Below, in pieces: positions 28,749-38,567 of a stretch of DNA of 64,000 nucleotides. Every line of letters starts with the position of its first letter. Positions within the stretch are counted from its first letter, which is position 1. Position numbers and translations under genes: made by a program. Below the pieces are notes generated by a model, which made no database searches, had not been told where the DNA came from, and worked only from the letters and a program-made list of their open reading frames with translations. This DNA comes from an uncultured virus (IMG/VR IMGVR_UViG_3300050821_012144). Its lineage: Duplodnaviria; Heunggongvirae; Uroviricota; Caudoviricetes. The DNA is taken from IMG/VR virus record IMGVR_UViG_3300050821_012144; one strand, written 5' to 3'.

Positions 28749-29539
28749 CGCATGTCGACGGCGAAACGTTTACCTGCAGCTACAGCCCGAGAACAAAATC
28801 CAAGGTCTTGTGTGAAGCATTGAATACCCTTCCCAGGAACTACATCGTTAACAGTAACGAACCAAGGAGGCTCAATCTGACGAAACATATCAATGCGCCA
28901 CAGAGCGCATCCCATGGCAATGCCATTTACGTCCATTATCTGCCCTTTCTGTAAGGCAGCACGAATATCTCGGGGTTTGAAACTCAGTACGCCCGTTCGC
29001 CGGTACTCATCAGGATCACCGTATGCTTGAGGCATATTGATTTCACCGCGGGTGAAGTAAATCCCTGACACAGCATCATAGTTACCTGCTTCTATGGTCT
29101 CTAATAAACGAATGTGTGCATCTGGTGGCGGTATATTATCGCTTTCAAGGGTAAGTATGTACTTCCACGTCGATAGTTCTTTATCAGCAAGAATATGCTG
29201 AATCATATTCGTGTAGGCTTTACCTACTTCTTCATTAGTGACAAAGATGAAACACCGTTTGGAGTTCATCGGTGCGATCAAGTTCTGCCATGCCTGAACT
29301 ACACGTTGATGAAAAAACGGCGTGCGTTCGGGAACGATGATTACCGTCGAAGAATCGCGATAGGTACTTCCAGGGATGTGCTCAATCCGATCGAATCCGA
29401 GCCCTAGTTGTTGTTTGATGTCATCGATTCCTAGTTTCTTTTGCTCGGGTGCCTGATTGCCTTTGTTGACGATTAGAACTGGCGGTGCGTGTGTCGCAAA
29501 CTGAGGTGCCTGTGCTAGAGGCTTGTCTTTCTTCGTCAT
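28703..29539 (-). CDS. Glycosyltransferase-like protein (GT-A fold)
   Basis: YILTLESDNIPP, DAVSGIYF, GIAMGCAL...F..IEPPWF, QDLGFC...G.RF.VD....GH. Confidence 0.7.
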   Translation of the reverse strand: MTKKDKPLAQAPQFATHAPPVLIVNKGNQAPEQKKLGIDDIKQQLGLGFDRIEHIPGSTYRDSSTVIIVPERTPFFHQRVVQAWQNLIAPMNSKRCFIFVTNEEVGKAYTNMIQHILADKELSTWKYILTLESDNIPPPDAHIRLLETIEAGNYDAVSGIYFTRGEINMPQAYGDPDEYRRTGVLSFKPRDIRAALQKGQIMDVNGIAMGCALWRIDMFRQIEPPWFVTVNDVVPGKGIQCFTQDLGFCSRAVAAGKRFAVDMRCRVGHMDLVSGVIY

Positions 29540-29553
29540 CGGTTAATAACCCT

Positions 29554-29733
29554 TTAGATCTTTGCCTTTAGGCGATCCCGTCGAGACTGCTCGCCCTTGT
29601 CGGCTAGCCACTGTCGAATTATGTACGAATAGGGCACGCCTTGTTCGCGGGCTATTCGTTTGGCCTCTACGACATCTGTTCTCCTCAACCGAATCGTCAC
29701 CATTAACAGCTCGACTGCGGTTGTCTTTGCCAT
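29554..29733 (-). CDS. Ribbon-helix-helix (CopG/antitoxin-like) protein
   Basis: VTIRL...V..AKRIAREQGVPYSYIIRQWL; paralog of 58501-58659. Confidence 0.7.
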   Translation of the reverse strand: MAKTTAVELLMVTIRLRRTDVVEAKRIAREQGVPYSYIIRQWLADKGEQSRRDRLKAKI

Positions 29734-29830
29734 TGCGAACCGCAGTATGGCGTATGACAGTACAGCAGTCAAGTACATATCTACAATCGACATTGACCGT
29801 CGAGAAAGAATGCCGTACGCTCTATGTCTA

Positions 29831-30109
29831 ATGTCGTTAGCCGATCACAAGGGTTCGCCTAATCATCCTGAAATTTTCAAGCATCTGATTGGCGATGTTA
29901 TTCGAGCAGCTTTCTTGGACAAGGACGGTCGAGTCTGGCTTCTAATGACCTGTGGTCATGCCATCGTGTTTAGCGGGCCCAATGCAGTCTCACCTGTGTA
30001 TTGGCATGAACTGCCGGATGGTGTTAAGCGTGCCATTGATGAGCGTACAGAGGACGTTAAAAGGAAGATGCTTGACCTGAAAAACCAAGTAGCGGGGCTG
30101 GACGTATAA
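29831..30109 (+). CDS. Hypothetical protein
   Basis: TTGACC-17-TACGCT promoter 9 nt before ATG 29831. Confidence 0.55.
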   Translation: MSLADHKGSPNHPEIFKHLIGDVIRAAFLDKDGRVWLLMTCGHAIVFSGPNAVSPVYWHELPDGVKRAIDERTEDVKRKMLDLKNQVAGLDV

Positions 30110-30114
30110 CTGTT

Positions 30115-31167
30115 CTACGGTCCTGAACCGATTAGTCTGAAGTGTGGCAAAGCTAATGCTGTCGACCCTGTCTGAAGCAATGCTGACAAATGAATCGATG
30201 CAGGAAATGCTGCGGTGCCACCAGAAAAAATACCGTCAGCCCAGTACTGACTAAAGTTACCACCGCCCCAAGCTGCCACAACAGATACAGTCGATATACC
30301 GTAGAGTGATAGTGTTCCGGTTGTACCTGCAGGTCCGTTGATCGACCCCGCTATAGCCATCAAGTATTCACCTGGCGTTATGTTCCAGGTATTGATAGAC
30401 ATCGTGCGCCAACGAGTTCCGCTGTTACCGCCGTAAATTGATGACGCTCCAGTATTTGTTCCGCTGTTCCAGGTGTATCCCACAGAACCTGAACTAACAG
30501 ATGATGCGGTAGATCCTGCGAATGTATACATGCAAGCCGAAAGAGTGAAACTGCCGGCTGTAGAACCGGCAAGAGTCAAATGTGCTAGCATGTCCAGTTC
30601 GGTAGCACTAATCTGATTCGGTACGGATATACGACGAATTGTTACATTAGAGCCTGCAGTCGAATTACCGACTATCGGGAAACCGACTTCAACATTATCG
30701 CTTGGACGGTACAGACTGAACGACGGCTCTTTGGCTGTTATCGTCGCGCCATTAGCGCCAAAGCTGATACCGTTTGCATTGCTGAATACAACCTGATTAC
30801 CGGTAGCGTTCGTTGTGCCTGCGCTGACTGACGCAACGTAACCGGCTGAAGCTGTTATTGTTGAGGCGTTGACACCGAACGAAACTAGGTTCGAGTTAGA
30901 TAGTACGATCTGCCCGTTACTCTGAAGCGTAGTACCAGCTGATATGGCTGTTATCAGTCCTACGGTCCCGTTTGCGTTCGGGTGAATGTGCGAGATCTGT
31001 GCAGTAGGATTTGAAGCAATCAGGAACAGCGCTGAAGCTTGTGCTGGATCTTGCGCTAATATAATCGATTTGGAACCTACATCGGTGCCAATAATCAGCG
31101 CCTCAACTCCAACTGTTAACGTATTGGAATGGAGAACTACAACATCCTGAAAATTTGATTCGGCCAT
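30115..31167 (-). CDS. Spike/fibre protein: second adaptor type, shaft repeats, head
   Basis: SNFQDVVVL N-terminus shared with 31175; ITPGEYL head. Confidence 0.75.
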   Translation of the reverse strand: MAESNFQDVVVLHSNTLTVGVEALIIGTDVGSKSIILAQDPAQASALFLIASNPTAQISHIHPNANGTVGLITAISAGTTLQSNGQIVLSNSNLVSFGVNASTITASAGYVASVSAGTTNATGNQVVFSNANGISFGANGATITAKEPSFSLYRPSDNVEVGFPIVGNSTAGSNVTIRRISVPNQISATELDMLAHLTLAGSTAGSFTLSACMYTFAGSTASSVSSGSVGYTWNSGTNTGASSIYGGNSGTRWRTMSINTWNITPGEYLMAIAGSINGPAGTTGTLSLYGISTVSVVAAWGGGNFSQYWADGIFSGGTAAFPASIHLSALLQTGSTALALPHFRLIGSGP

Positions 31168-31174
31168 CTAACGC

Positions 31175-33097
31175 TCAGTAGGTGCCGAGGAGTATAACAC
31201 CCGGTTGGCGTAGTGCTGCAAGGCCTGTCCTACCGTAGTTCGTGTTGGTTGCAACAATAGAGCTTGGGAATGCCCCTGTACTGCTACCTGACGTCCCATC
31301 GAGGAAATAGGCTGTTTCAATGCCATCAAATACGTTAACAACGTTGACCCCTTGCCGCCCAAACACTTGCCATGTACCGTTGTTGGTGGTCGAGAAATTG
31401 TATGCGAATAGGTAATCGCCTGGCGTTAGGCTGAGGTTGATCCCGATTGTACGATACTGGGTGCCGCTCACACCGCCATAGGCTGAGCTTACGGACGTCG
31501 ATGTCCCTGAAGTCCAAGAAATTTGTCTTGACCCTGAGCTAGCCAAACTAGCTGTGCTGTGCAGCATTGTGTACACGCCCATGCTGACTGTTAGCGCACC
31601 AGTAGAGTTGGTATTGCCGGACAGGTTCAGCATCAGTAATGCTGCCGTTGCGGAAATATACGCAGGGATAGAGACTTTCTGCATGGACATTGTAGCGTTG
31701 CTAAGAGACCAGTTCGTCCCCCATTCCGCCCATTGACTGAATGCGGTCATGCTATAGCTGTTGCCGCCGGCAGTAACGCTAGCGGTAACAACACTGGAGT
31801 TGCTCATACCAAACACAACGCCGTTAGAGTTACTGAAAACGACAGTACCGGATGTGGCCGTTTGTGTACCGGCAGCAATAGCGCCAGGCGCGGTCGATTG
31901 CGTCATGCTGATCGACACGGTAGCTAATGATCCTGCTGCAGTACTTTGGCTCAATGTCACACCGCCAGCGCCAGCAAGTACATAAGTACCTTGTGTAGTA
32001 CCGGTATTACCAGCCGTGTTACCTACGTTGCTGACACCTATGGCTGTAACGCCTGGTTGGACTGTCTGTGAGAAGCTAGCAGTGATGACACTGCTGTTGC
32101 TCATGCCAAACGTGATGCTATTCGAGTTACTGAAAACTACAGTACCGCTTGTAGCTGTCTGTGTTCCTGCAGCAATGGCCCCAGGCGCTGTGGACTGTGT
32201 CATGCTGATCGAGACAGTAGCCAGTGATCCGGCCGCAGTAGACTGTGATAGCGACACACCGCCTGCACCAGCGAGTACATACGTCCCAAACGTTGTTCCA
32301 GTGTTGCCGGCTGTGTTGCCTCCAGTGGACACGCCGATACCGGATACGGCGTTTGCCCCAACAACGTTGACGGTAGCCGTTATCGTTGCGCCGTTAGCGC
32401 CGAAAGAAATATTGTTGCTGTTCGAGAATACAATCTGATTACCGGTAGCGTTAGTTGTACCGGCGCTGATAGACCGGACATAGTCTGCGGTTGCCGTGAC
32501 AGTCAAACTGCCCGACATGCCGAATGTGAGACCATTGCTATTCGAAAAAATTACAGTACCGGATGTTGCTGTCTGGGTACCTGCTTGAATCGCCGCTGGT
32601 GCAGTAGACTGTGAACCGCTTATTGTGATCGTCGCAAGAGAGCCGCCAGCTGTAACTTGGCTTAATGTGATATTGCCGAGTGCAGCAAAGACAACAGTGC
32701 CTTGTGTCGTACCGGTGTTACCGAGGGTATTACCGCCAGTCGAAACGCCTAGAGCTGTGACGCCAGGTTGAACCGTCTGTGAGAAACTGGCCGTGATCGT
32801 CGATGCATTCAGCCCGAACGAAATGCTATTGGAGTTTGAGAAGACAACTTGACCTTGGGAGACTAGTGCAGCACCAGCGCTGATCGCTGTAATCAATCCA
32901 ACTGTACCGCCCGCGTCGGGCAGCATGATTGTTTCATTGGCCGATGGGTTCGCACCTAGAGCTTGAGCGAATGCATTGTTAGAGAATACGACTGCCTTCG
33001 ACCCGGCATCGGTGCCGAGGATGATCTGCTCACCTTTAACAGATAGTGAATCCTGATTTAGGACTACTACGTCTTGAAAGTTAGATTGAGCGGGCAT
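31175..33097 (-). CDS. Long spike/fibre protein with many shaft repeats
   Basis: Repeats AAGTQTATSGTVVFSNSN and GNTAGNTGTT.GT; LTPGDYLF head. Confidence 0.8.
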   Translation of the reverse strand: MPAQSNFQDVVVLNQDSLSVKGEQIILGTDAGSKAVVFSNNAFAQALGANPSANETIMLPDAGGTVGLITAISAGAALVSQGQVVFSNSNSISFGLNASTITASFSQTVQPGVTALGVSTGGNTLGNTGTTQGTVVFAALGNITLSQVTAGGSLATITISGSQSTAPAAIQAGTQTATSGTVIFSNSNGLTFGMSGSLTVTATADYVRSISAGTTNATGNQIVFSNSNNISFGANGATITATVNVVGANAVSGIGVSTGGNTAGNTGTTFGTYVLAGAGGVSLSQSTAAGSLATVSISMTQSTAPGAIAAGTQTATSGTVVFSNSNSITFGMSNSSVITASFSQTVQPGVTAIGVSNVGNTAGNTGTTQGTYVLAGAGGVTLSQSTAAGSLATVSISMTQSTAPGAIAAGTQTATSGTVVFSNSNGVVFGMSNSSVVTASVTAGGNSYSMTAFSQWAEWGTNWSLSNATMSMQKVSIPAYISATAALLMLNLSGNTNSTGALTVSMGVYTMLHSTASLASSGSRQISWTSGTSTSVSSAYGGVSGTQYRTIGINLSLTPGDYLFAYNFSTTNNGTWQVFGRQGVNVVNVFDGIETAYFLDGTSGSSTGAFPSSIVATNTNYGRTGLAALRQPGVILLGTY

Positions 33098-33126
33098 AGA
33101 TTACATCGCCTTTCAGGGTACCATTT

Positions 33127-33984
33127 TTATGTCGTTCCGATCAGGATAAAACCGGGCTGTTGTAGTGCTGATAATCCGGTTCGAACATAATTTGCATCAC
33201 TGCCAAATACAGAAGACGGGAATCCGGTGACTGTTGTCGATGAACAACCGTCGAGAAGATAGTTAGTATCAAACCCAGCGTATGTACCTACTATATTTAC
33301 ACCCTGCCTGCCGAACATACGCACTGTAGCACTATTAGTAGTATTTATGATGAATGCAAATAAGTAATCGCCAGGTGTCATGTTGACAGGCCACCCAAGG
33401 GAACGATAACGTGTGCCGCTGACACCACCGTATATTGAACTTGCTGTAGTTTGTGTTCCGCTAGTCCAGGTGATGTTTACAGAAGTAGTCGTAGGATTGA
33501 TGGCTACAAGCGTTGGTCCGTTGCTTATAGAGTAGGCGGCCATATTTACTGTTACACCGCCGAAACTATTAGTGATTCCTGAGATATCAAGCAGAACTAG
33601 CGCGGCACTGCCGGAGATCCCCATCGGCATGGAAACACGTTCAAGCGATAAGAAATTGGCATTAATCGTATAGTTGGTATTGAACTCTGCTAGATGACTA
33701 AAGGCGTTTATAGATTGCGAGTCAGCGGCAGCTACGACACTTGCAGTAACCGTGTTGCCATTTACTCCGAAGTTGACATTGTTGCTGTTTGCAAAAACTA
33801 TTTGATTGCCGGTAGCGTTGGTCGTTCCTGCTGAAATCGATTGAACAGCGTTGATAGAAGCAGTAACTACGCTGCTGTTCGACATTCCAAACGTGACGCC
33901 GTTGGAATTAGCTAGTACAACAGTCCCCTGATTAGCTGTTTGGGTACCTGCCGCAATCTCTATGGGTGGATAGAATAGAGGCAT
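33127..33984 (-). CDS. Short spike/fibre protein: two repeats plus head
   Basis: Same repeat; MTPGDYLF head closely similar to 31175-33097. Confidence 0.75.
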   Translation of the reverse strand: MPLFYPPIEIAAGTQTANQGTVVLANSNGVTFGMSNSSVVTASINAVQSISAGTTNATGNQIVFANSNNVNFGVNGNTVTASVVAAADSQSINAFSHLAEFNTNYTINANFLSLERVSMPMGISGSAALVLLDISGITNSFGGVTVNMAAYSISNGPTLVAINPTTTSVNITWTSGTQTTASSIYGGVSGTRYRSLGWPVNMTPGDYLFAFIINTTNSATVRMFGRQGVNIVGTYAGFDTNYLLDGCSSTTVTGFPSSVFGSDANYVRTGLSALQQPGFILIGTT

Positions 33985-33987
33985 GAG

Positions 33988-34383
33988 TTAGGCATATTCG
34001 GTTACGTACGCTGTGCCATTCGCGCTCGCCCATACGCCGGTAACTATGCCAACGTAATTGTATGGATCTTCGTAATAGACTTGCGGGTTTATACTGACTG
34101 TATAGAAACCTGATGATACAGTGGCTCCGTTAGTGCTTGCCTTGACGTAAAGAATCGCCGTTGATGAATTGAAGATCGAGAAACCGTGGCGACTTGGGTT
34201 GGCAGCCAATAAGGTAACTGACGTGATTGTTGAGGGTATAGCGGTAAGCGTTCCGTTGTTCGATTGCTCAGGCGTTAATGGCGGTAGTGGCGCTTTGACA
34301 ACAACGACTTCAGCCGGATCAGCTGGATCAGGAGAATCTGTACGAACTTGCGCGGTTAGCTGAATAGGTGGGCCCGCAGCCAT
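33988..34383 (-). CDS. Small beta-sandwich structural protein
   Basis: LLAANPSRHGFSIFNSSTAILYV...VTGVW...AYVTEY. Confidence 0.6.
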   Translation of the reverse strand: MAAGPPIQLTAQVRTDSPDPADPAEVVVVKAPLPPLTPEQSNNGTLTAIPSTITSVTLLAANPSRHGFSIFNSSTAILYVKASTNGATVSSGFYTVSINPQVYYEDPYNYVGIVTGVWASANGTAYVTEYA

Positions 34384-34411
34384 ACCTATATACTACCGCG
34401 TTTGTAGGTTA

Positions 34412-34427
34412 GATCGCTCTAGCGATC
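34412..34427. promoter_or_regulatory. 16-bp palindrome GATCGC-TCTA-GCGATC
   Basis: Exact motif 13 nt from CGgTAGTAT (minus strand) heading the fibre operon. Confidence 0.8.
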
Positions 34428-34431
34428 TTAA

Positions 34432-34620
34432 TCAGTTACCGTCGAGTGAATTTAGCATTGCCAACATGTCTAGTCGGTTCTGCTCCTCAAGACGTTCCTT
34501 CATTTCACGTTCAGCGCGGTCGATCATCTCTAGCGCTTCACGGTCAATTTCGATCTCGACAATCTCATTGGTATCAAGATCGTAGGCTTCAATCTTGACG
34601 GTATCAGGTTCTTTAGCCAT
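34432..34620 (-). CDS. Small acidic protein
   Basis: Overlaps the stop of 34613-35518. Confidence 0.5.
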   Translation of the reverse strand: MAKEPDTVKIEAYDLDTNEIVEIEIDREALEMIDRAEREMKERLEEQNRLDMLAMLNSLDGN

Positions 34621-35518
34621 ACACGCGTTCTACGGCTTCAGATGCAGTAACTGAAACTAGTACATTTGCGGCTGAGCCCTTGCCGAACACGGCCTGTTTA
34701 GGACTTAGACGTATGGTATGAAATTGACCGCTGGGAACGATTAGAGCATCACCGGTCGGTACTGCTACATTTGCTATGTCTGGACGGTCTAGTGCACCAG
34801 GTACAGTGGTAAAGATTGCGTAGGTGCCGCCTGGACCGACAACGCGTAGCACAGCTTCATAAGGTACGTCGGTAGCAGAGACGCAGCGAATTTGCTGTGC
34901 GTTAGGATCGAGAACACTAGGCAGACGAACGGTCTGCATGTATGGCTCACGAGGTAGACGGCCAGGACTACCAAAGTTAGAAATTGCACGTTCAAGTCGG
35001 TCTAGCACTGAAGTTGTACGATCAGAGTTTGGATCGGCGGGTCCGATAGCCTCGGCGTGACCATTGTTTACTAGGTAGACCTGAGGCTGTTGGCTGGGCG
35101 CTGTGATGATGATCGGCTGCTGAGGACTACTTGAGTCGCCTAGGGCATAGTTTCGTCTACGAGACAGCAATAAATAGACTACAACGCCAGCAGCTGTGAT
35201 AGCGGCGAAAACACCTAGGCCAATTGCAATAGCTACCCAAGGGGACTTAGTCGATCTTTCTGTCTCGCGTGCGATTACTAAGCGCCTAGAAGGCTCGATC
35301 GTATCTGCGTCATCATCATCATCATCGTTTGCGTCCTGGTCGACTTCGTTATCATCGTTCGCGTAGAAACGCTCGATTTCAGTGTCAGTCGCACCAAACC
35401 GTTTCATGAGCTTATGCTCTTCGTGCTCACGGCGCTTGGCTAATGACAGCTGACGCCATTCACGTTCACGAAGACGTCGGAGCGCCTCGTGCTCTTCACG
35501 CGTTAGGCGAGGGGCCAT
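34613..35518 (-). CDS. Membrane protein: charged N-terminus, TM, beta-sandwich C-terminus paralogous to 37772-38074
   Basis: RFG-A, ALG-D and NFG-S motifs; LSPKQAVFG...SVTASEA matches LAPQEAVYG...SVAISEA. Confidence 0.7.
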   Translation of the reverse strand: MAPRLTREEHEALRRLREREWRQLSLAKRREHEEHKLMKRFGATDTEIERFYANDDNEVDQDANDDDDDDADTIEPSRRLVIARETERSTKSPWVAIAIGLGVFAAITAAGVVVYLLLSRRRNYALGDSSSPQQPIIITAPSQQPQVYLVNNGHAEAIGPADPNSDRTTSVLDRLERAISNFGSPGRLPREPYMQTVRLPSVLDPNAQQIRCVSATDVPYEAVLRVVGPGGTYAIFTTVPGALDRPDIANVAVPTGDALIVPSGQFHTIRLSPKQAVFGKGSAANVLVSVTASEAVERVYG

Positions 35519-35563
35519 GGGCTACGTTACCTTAGTGTATCACTTGTTAGCTATTGATGCGAG

Positions 35564-37084
35564 TTAGGTTACTTGTGTCAGGTTAAATGTCAATTTGCGA
35601 TTAGCTGGTAGGTGTTGTATACGTTTCCCAATGTAAATTCGCGCACTAGAGTATTTGGCATCAATTTCCAATCTTGCTCTTATTTTTGGGTAGCCTTCAG
35701 CTTGAATGTACACTCGGTCAAGCTCCCAATTATCTTGCTTTATTCTCCGTACGATATCACTAGGTACAGAAACGGTTACACCTCCATTGTGAACTCGTCT
35801 AGGCCTATATTTGAATATAGCTGCGCCTTCATATAAATTGGCTAGCCCTGTTCCACGAAGCGGGGAGAAAACAGCCTCCTTTGGTGTAAGCCCCTTTTTT
35901 AGCCGTGTATGAACTCGTTGGTAATCTAGTCCGGTTACCATTGCCCACTCCTTTATAGATTTAGTCTCTCCCTCTATGGTTATTGTTGCGGTGGGATCCT
36001 TACGATTGACCTTGATCCAGTTATCTGTTGTAGCGGTTGCCACGCCGTAATAGATCTTTTTCCCCTTACCTTTACGCCATATTTTTTGGTCAACTATAAG
36101 TTGACTTAGCAAAACTGGGAGCGCTTCGGTTCCATCTATGAATCTAGCGGCTATTTGGTTAATTGTAGTTATATTTGCATCTTGAATAATGGCTAAGACT
36201 CTTTCCATTGCCGTTGTCAGAGATACAGTACAGGGGAAAGACTCAATTGTTTGACGTAGCATCTCTAACTTAATGTTTAGGACAAGGCCTTCAAAATCAG
36301 ACATTAATGGTGAATAATCCGTAAGGATTAAATCGATCTGCGGCTTTTTTTCTATCGAGAACGGTTGAATATCCCGTAAGAAAGTTAGGACGGTTTCTCG
36401 AACCGAAATTCGCCACGAGAGTTGGTTCCTTCTAGGCTTAACCTTTATTTTGAATCCGCTATAGCCTAAGTAATTAGCGGCTAATTTTAGGATGCCTTCT
36501 TTACGTGTCTGATTAAAGGTCACCGTCAAGTGCCATGTAGAGGCCTTGCGTCGTACTTCAATCGAACCGTCACCGTCGAAAAATCCTGCGGCATATGCGC
36601 GTTCAGTTAAACTAGGTGGGGCTTGGCAAATGGTACTTAATTCAACAGGTAAGTATTGAAGCTCTAATTTTTTTTCTACCGTTAATAATGCTTGTAAAGC
36701 GTCTCCAGCTTCTCTAGTCATCCTTGCATTAAATCGTTGTAGTACTGCTTCTACTTGTGCACGTTTCTCGCCGAGATAAGGAAGAATGTCCTGTAAAAAA
36801 CAGCATACACCCCTAAATTTTCTTAACTGCCAGACAGTTTGTCGTCGCCAATTAGGGGGCGGATCCTTTTTGACCGGACTTAGACGCCCACCGTAAAAAC
36901 TGTGCATATATTTAAGTACACTTGGATTTGTTTGACCAAATCCAATAGCCAAGCCCCATCCACACTCAGTGCAAGTCCGTAATGGAATTTCGTGCAACGA
37001 CAAGCAACCTTCGGCATCGAAATATCCGCCTATGAACGCGCAACCTTCATTAGTTGGACGAGGTAGAGGAGTAGAAATCTGCAT
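35564..37084 (-). CDS. Free-standing double-motif LAGLIDADG homing endonuclease with extra DNA-binding modules
   Basis: FIGGYFDAEGCL and YAAGFFDGDGSI; visibly AT-rich relative to flanks. Confidence 0.85.
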   Translation of the reverse strand: MQISTPLPRPTNEGCAFIGGYFDAEGCLSLHEIPLRTCTECGWGLAIGFGQTNPSVLKYMHSFYGGRLSPVKKDPPPNWRRQTVWQLRKFRGVCCFLQDILPYLGEKRAQVEAVLQRFNARMTREAGDALQALLTVEKKLELQYLPVELSTICQAPPSLTERAYAAGFFDGDGSIEVRRKASTWHLTVTFNQTRKEGILKLAANYLGYSGFKIKVKPRRNQLSWRISVRETVLTFLRDIQPFSIEKKPQIDLILTDYSPLMSDFEGLVLNIKLEMLRQTIESFPCTVSLTTAMERVLAIIQDANITTINQIAARFIDGTEALPVLLSQLIVDQKIWRKGKGKKIYYGVATATTDNWIKVNRKDPTATITIEGETKSIKEWAMVTGLDYQRVHTRLKKGLTPKEAVFSPLRGTGLANLYEGAAIFKYRPRRVHNGGVTVSVPSDIVRRIKQDNWELDRVYIQAEGYPKIRARLEIDAKYSSARIYIGKRIQHLPANRKLTFNLTQVT

Positions 37085-37228
37085 TCGAAGTTCAACAGCT
37101 TAGTACAATTCCGTAACCCGGTCAATTTTTTTAATAGAACAGAGTGCAGTTGATGATTGAAGTATCTATCTAAGTATAAGATAGTGTAACGGAACCTGTA
37201 ACTGATCCTTTTATCGGAGACAATAAAC

Positions 37229-37765
37229 ATGGGTAGATTACCATTACAATTCAGTGGAAAATCGGTTACGTTTCGCGTGCCATTCAATGTAGCTGCAGAA
37301 TTAGCCGTGGGCCCGTCGCAAAGTGGCGTGACCTTTGCTGATAGTTCATTTTTGGTCTCGCAAGAGAAGCCTTTTGAGGTTCACAGAATTATTATTCGTT
37401 TGACAGCGCAGGGAACACCGTCAGGTTATAGTTCTGCTGTTACCCTGGAACCACAGCCTTCTACGATGGACGAACGTGTACACCTTAATATCCTTGACTT
37501 TAGTAAGAACGAGAAGTTAACTAAGTCAACTACGCTAGTAAGTACGTTGCTAAATAAGGCAACCGGTACGTGGGAGTTTGAGGAGCCCTATACGTTGGTT
37601 CGTAGTGAAGGCTTTCAAATTAGCGTTGATACCTTAGACTTTCCACTCGATATAGTCACTGATAGCAATGGACAACCTCAAGTTGTCACTGTTCAGTTTG
37701 TTAATGTTGAAATCAATCTCCAAGGGTTCCTTCTAGTCGTGGCACCGCCAAGTGAAATACGTTAA
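37229..37765 (+). CDS. Putative second jelly-roll capsid or penton-like protein
   Basis: 178 aa with an alternating beta-strand pattern, GGAG RBS, heads a structural operon; fold inferred. Confidence 0.45.
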   Translation: MGRLPLQFSGKSVTFRVPFNVAAELAVGPSQSGVTFADSSFLVSQEKPFEVHRIIIRLTAQGTPSGYSSAVTLEPQPSTMDERVHLNILDFSKNEKLTKSTTLVSTLLNKATGTWEFEEPYTLVRSEGFQISVDTLDFPLDIVTDSNGQPQVVTVQFVNVEINLQGFLLVVAPPSEIR

Positions 37766-37771
37766 TATAAA

Positions 37772-38074
37772 GTGCGCCGTTCAATCTTCAATACGTATAC
37801 AGTAGCTGCGGTTGGATCCAATACTCCAACAACGCTTGCACGCGCGGCTACTGTACCGATTCGGGTGTTGGTAAACAACGTTGGAACCACGTTGATATTC
37901 ATTGCTGGTGAAACAGCTTCTGTTGCACCTCAACCAGGAACTGATACATATCGCATTGCTGCAGGTGAGCAGCATGTATTCGTGTTAGCGCCACAAGAAG
38001 CGGTATATGGTATCGCTGCTGGTGCAGGCGGGCTTATGAGCGTAGCTATATCTGAAGCGTGGCCCGTAACGTAA
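37772..38074 (+). CDS. Small beta-sandwich structural protein
   Basis: Paralogous to the C-terminal domain of 34613-35518. Confidence 0.6.
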   Translation: MRRSIFNTYTVAAVGSNTPTTLARAATVPIRVLVNNVGTTLIFIAGETASVAPQPGTDTYRIAAGEQHVFVLAPQEAVYGIAAGAGGLMSVAISEAWPVT

Positions 38075-38102
38075 TAACCCTTTAAACGAAAAGAGAATCT
38101 AT

Positions 38103-38468
38103 ATGAATAGCAATCCAATAGACTTCATGGGGTTATTCGGCCGATTCGCACTGCTTAACCAGATGTGGCAGCATTGGGGAATCGTATCAACAGGTACTGC
38201 GTGGAGTGCAGGCGTGACAGGCCCTCAGGCAGTCATTGTGGCAACTGCAGCGATCACGGTAACCTTGCCGCAAGCGTCTAAGTCGCTTGGTAGAGCGTAC
38301 TTCATCAAAAATGTCTTTGCAGGTACTGTTACTGTCTCTGCAACTGGTGCCGATACAATTGATGGCTTAGGATCAAAATCACTGCCGCACCAATACAACT
38401 CTATGTTGGTAGTATGTGATGGCGTGTCAAACTGGTGGATTCTAGCCGAGTTCCCGCAGCCGTTGTAA
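38103..38468 (+). CDS. Small fibre-associated beta domain protein
   Basis: ITVTLP.A...GR.YFIKN...VTV...GADTIDG...Y.S..VV.DG..NW. Confidence 0.6.
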   Translation: MNSNPIDFMGLFGRFALLNQMWQHWGIVSTGTAWSAGVTGPQAVIVATAAITVTLPQASKSLGRAYFIKNVFAGTVTVSATGADTIDGLGSKSLPHQYNSMLVVCDGVSNWWILAEFPQPL

Positions 38469-38496
38469 CTAGTCTGGAACTAGGAACATCCATTAG

Positions 38497-38512
38497 GATC
38501 GCTACAGCGATC
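38497..38512. promoter_or_regulatory. 16-bp palindrome GATCGC-TACA-GCGATC
   Basis: Exact motif 13 nt before TGtTAAACT. Confidence 0.8.
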
Positions 38513-38567
38513 TTAGTGGATTGTATGTTAAACTTACGAGGTGGCAAAGGGAGTTAGATAACCCCCG

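Noticed and set aside
31175..33097. FG in fibre repeats (TFGM, SFGA) counted as tag sites
   Set aside because: They sit at a fixed position inside a beta-repeat and are more simply structural; excluded from the tag list
35564..37084. LAGLIDADG gene as an intein or intron ORF
   Set aside because: No intein splice-junction motifs and no interrupted host gene; flanking genes look complete
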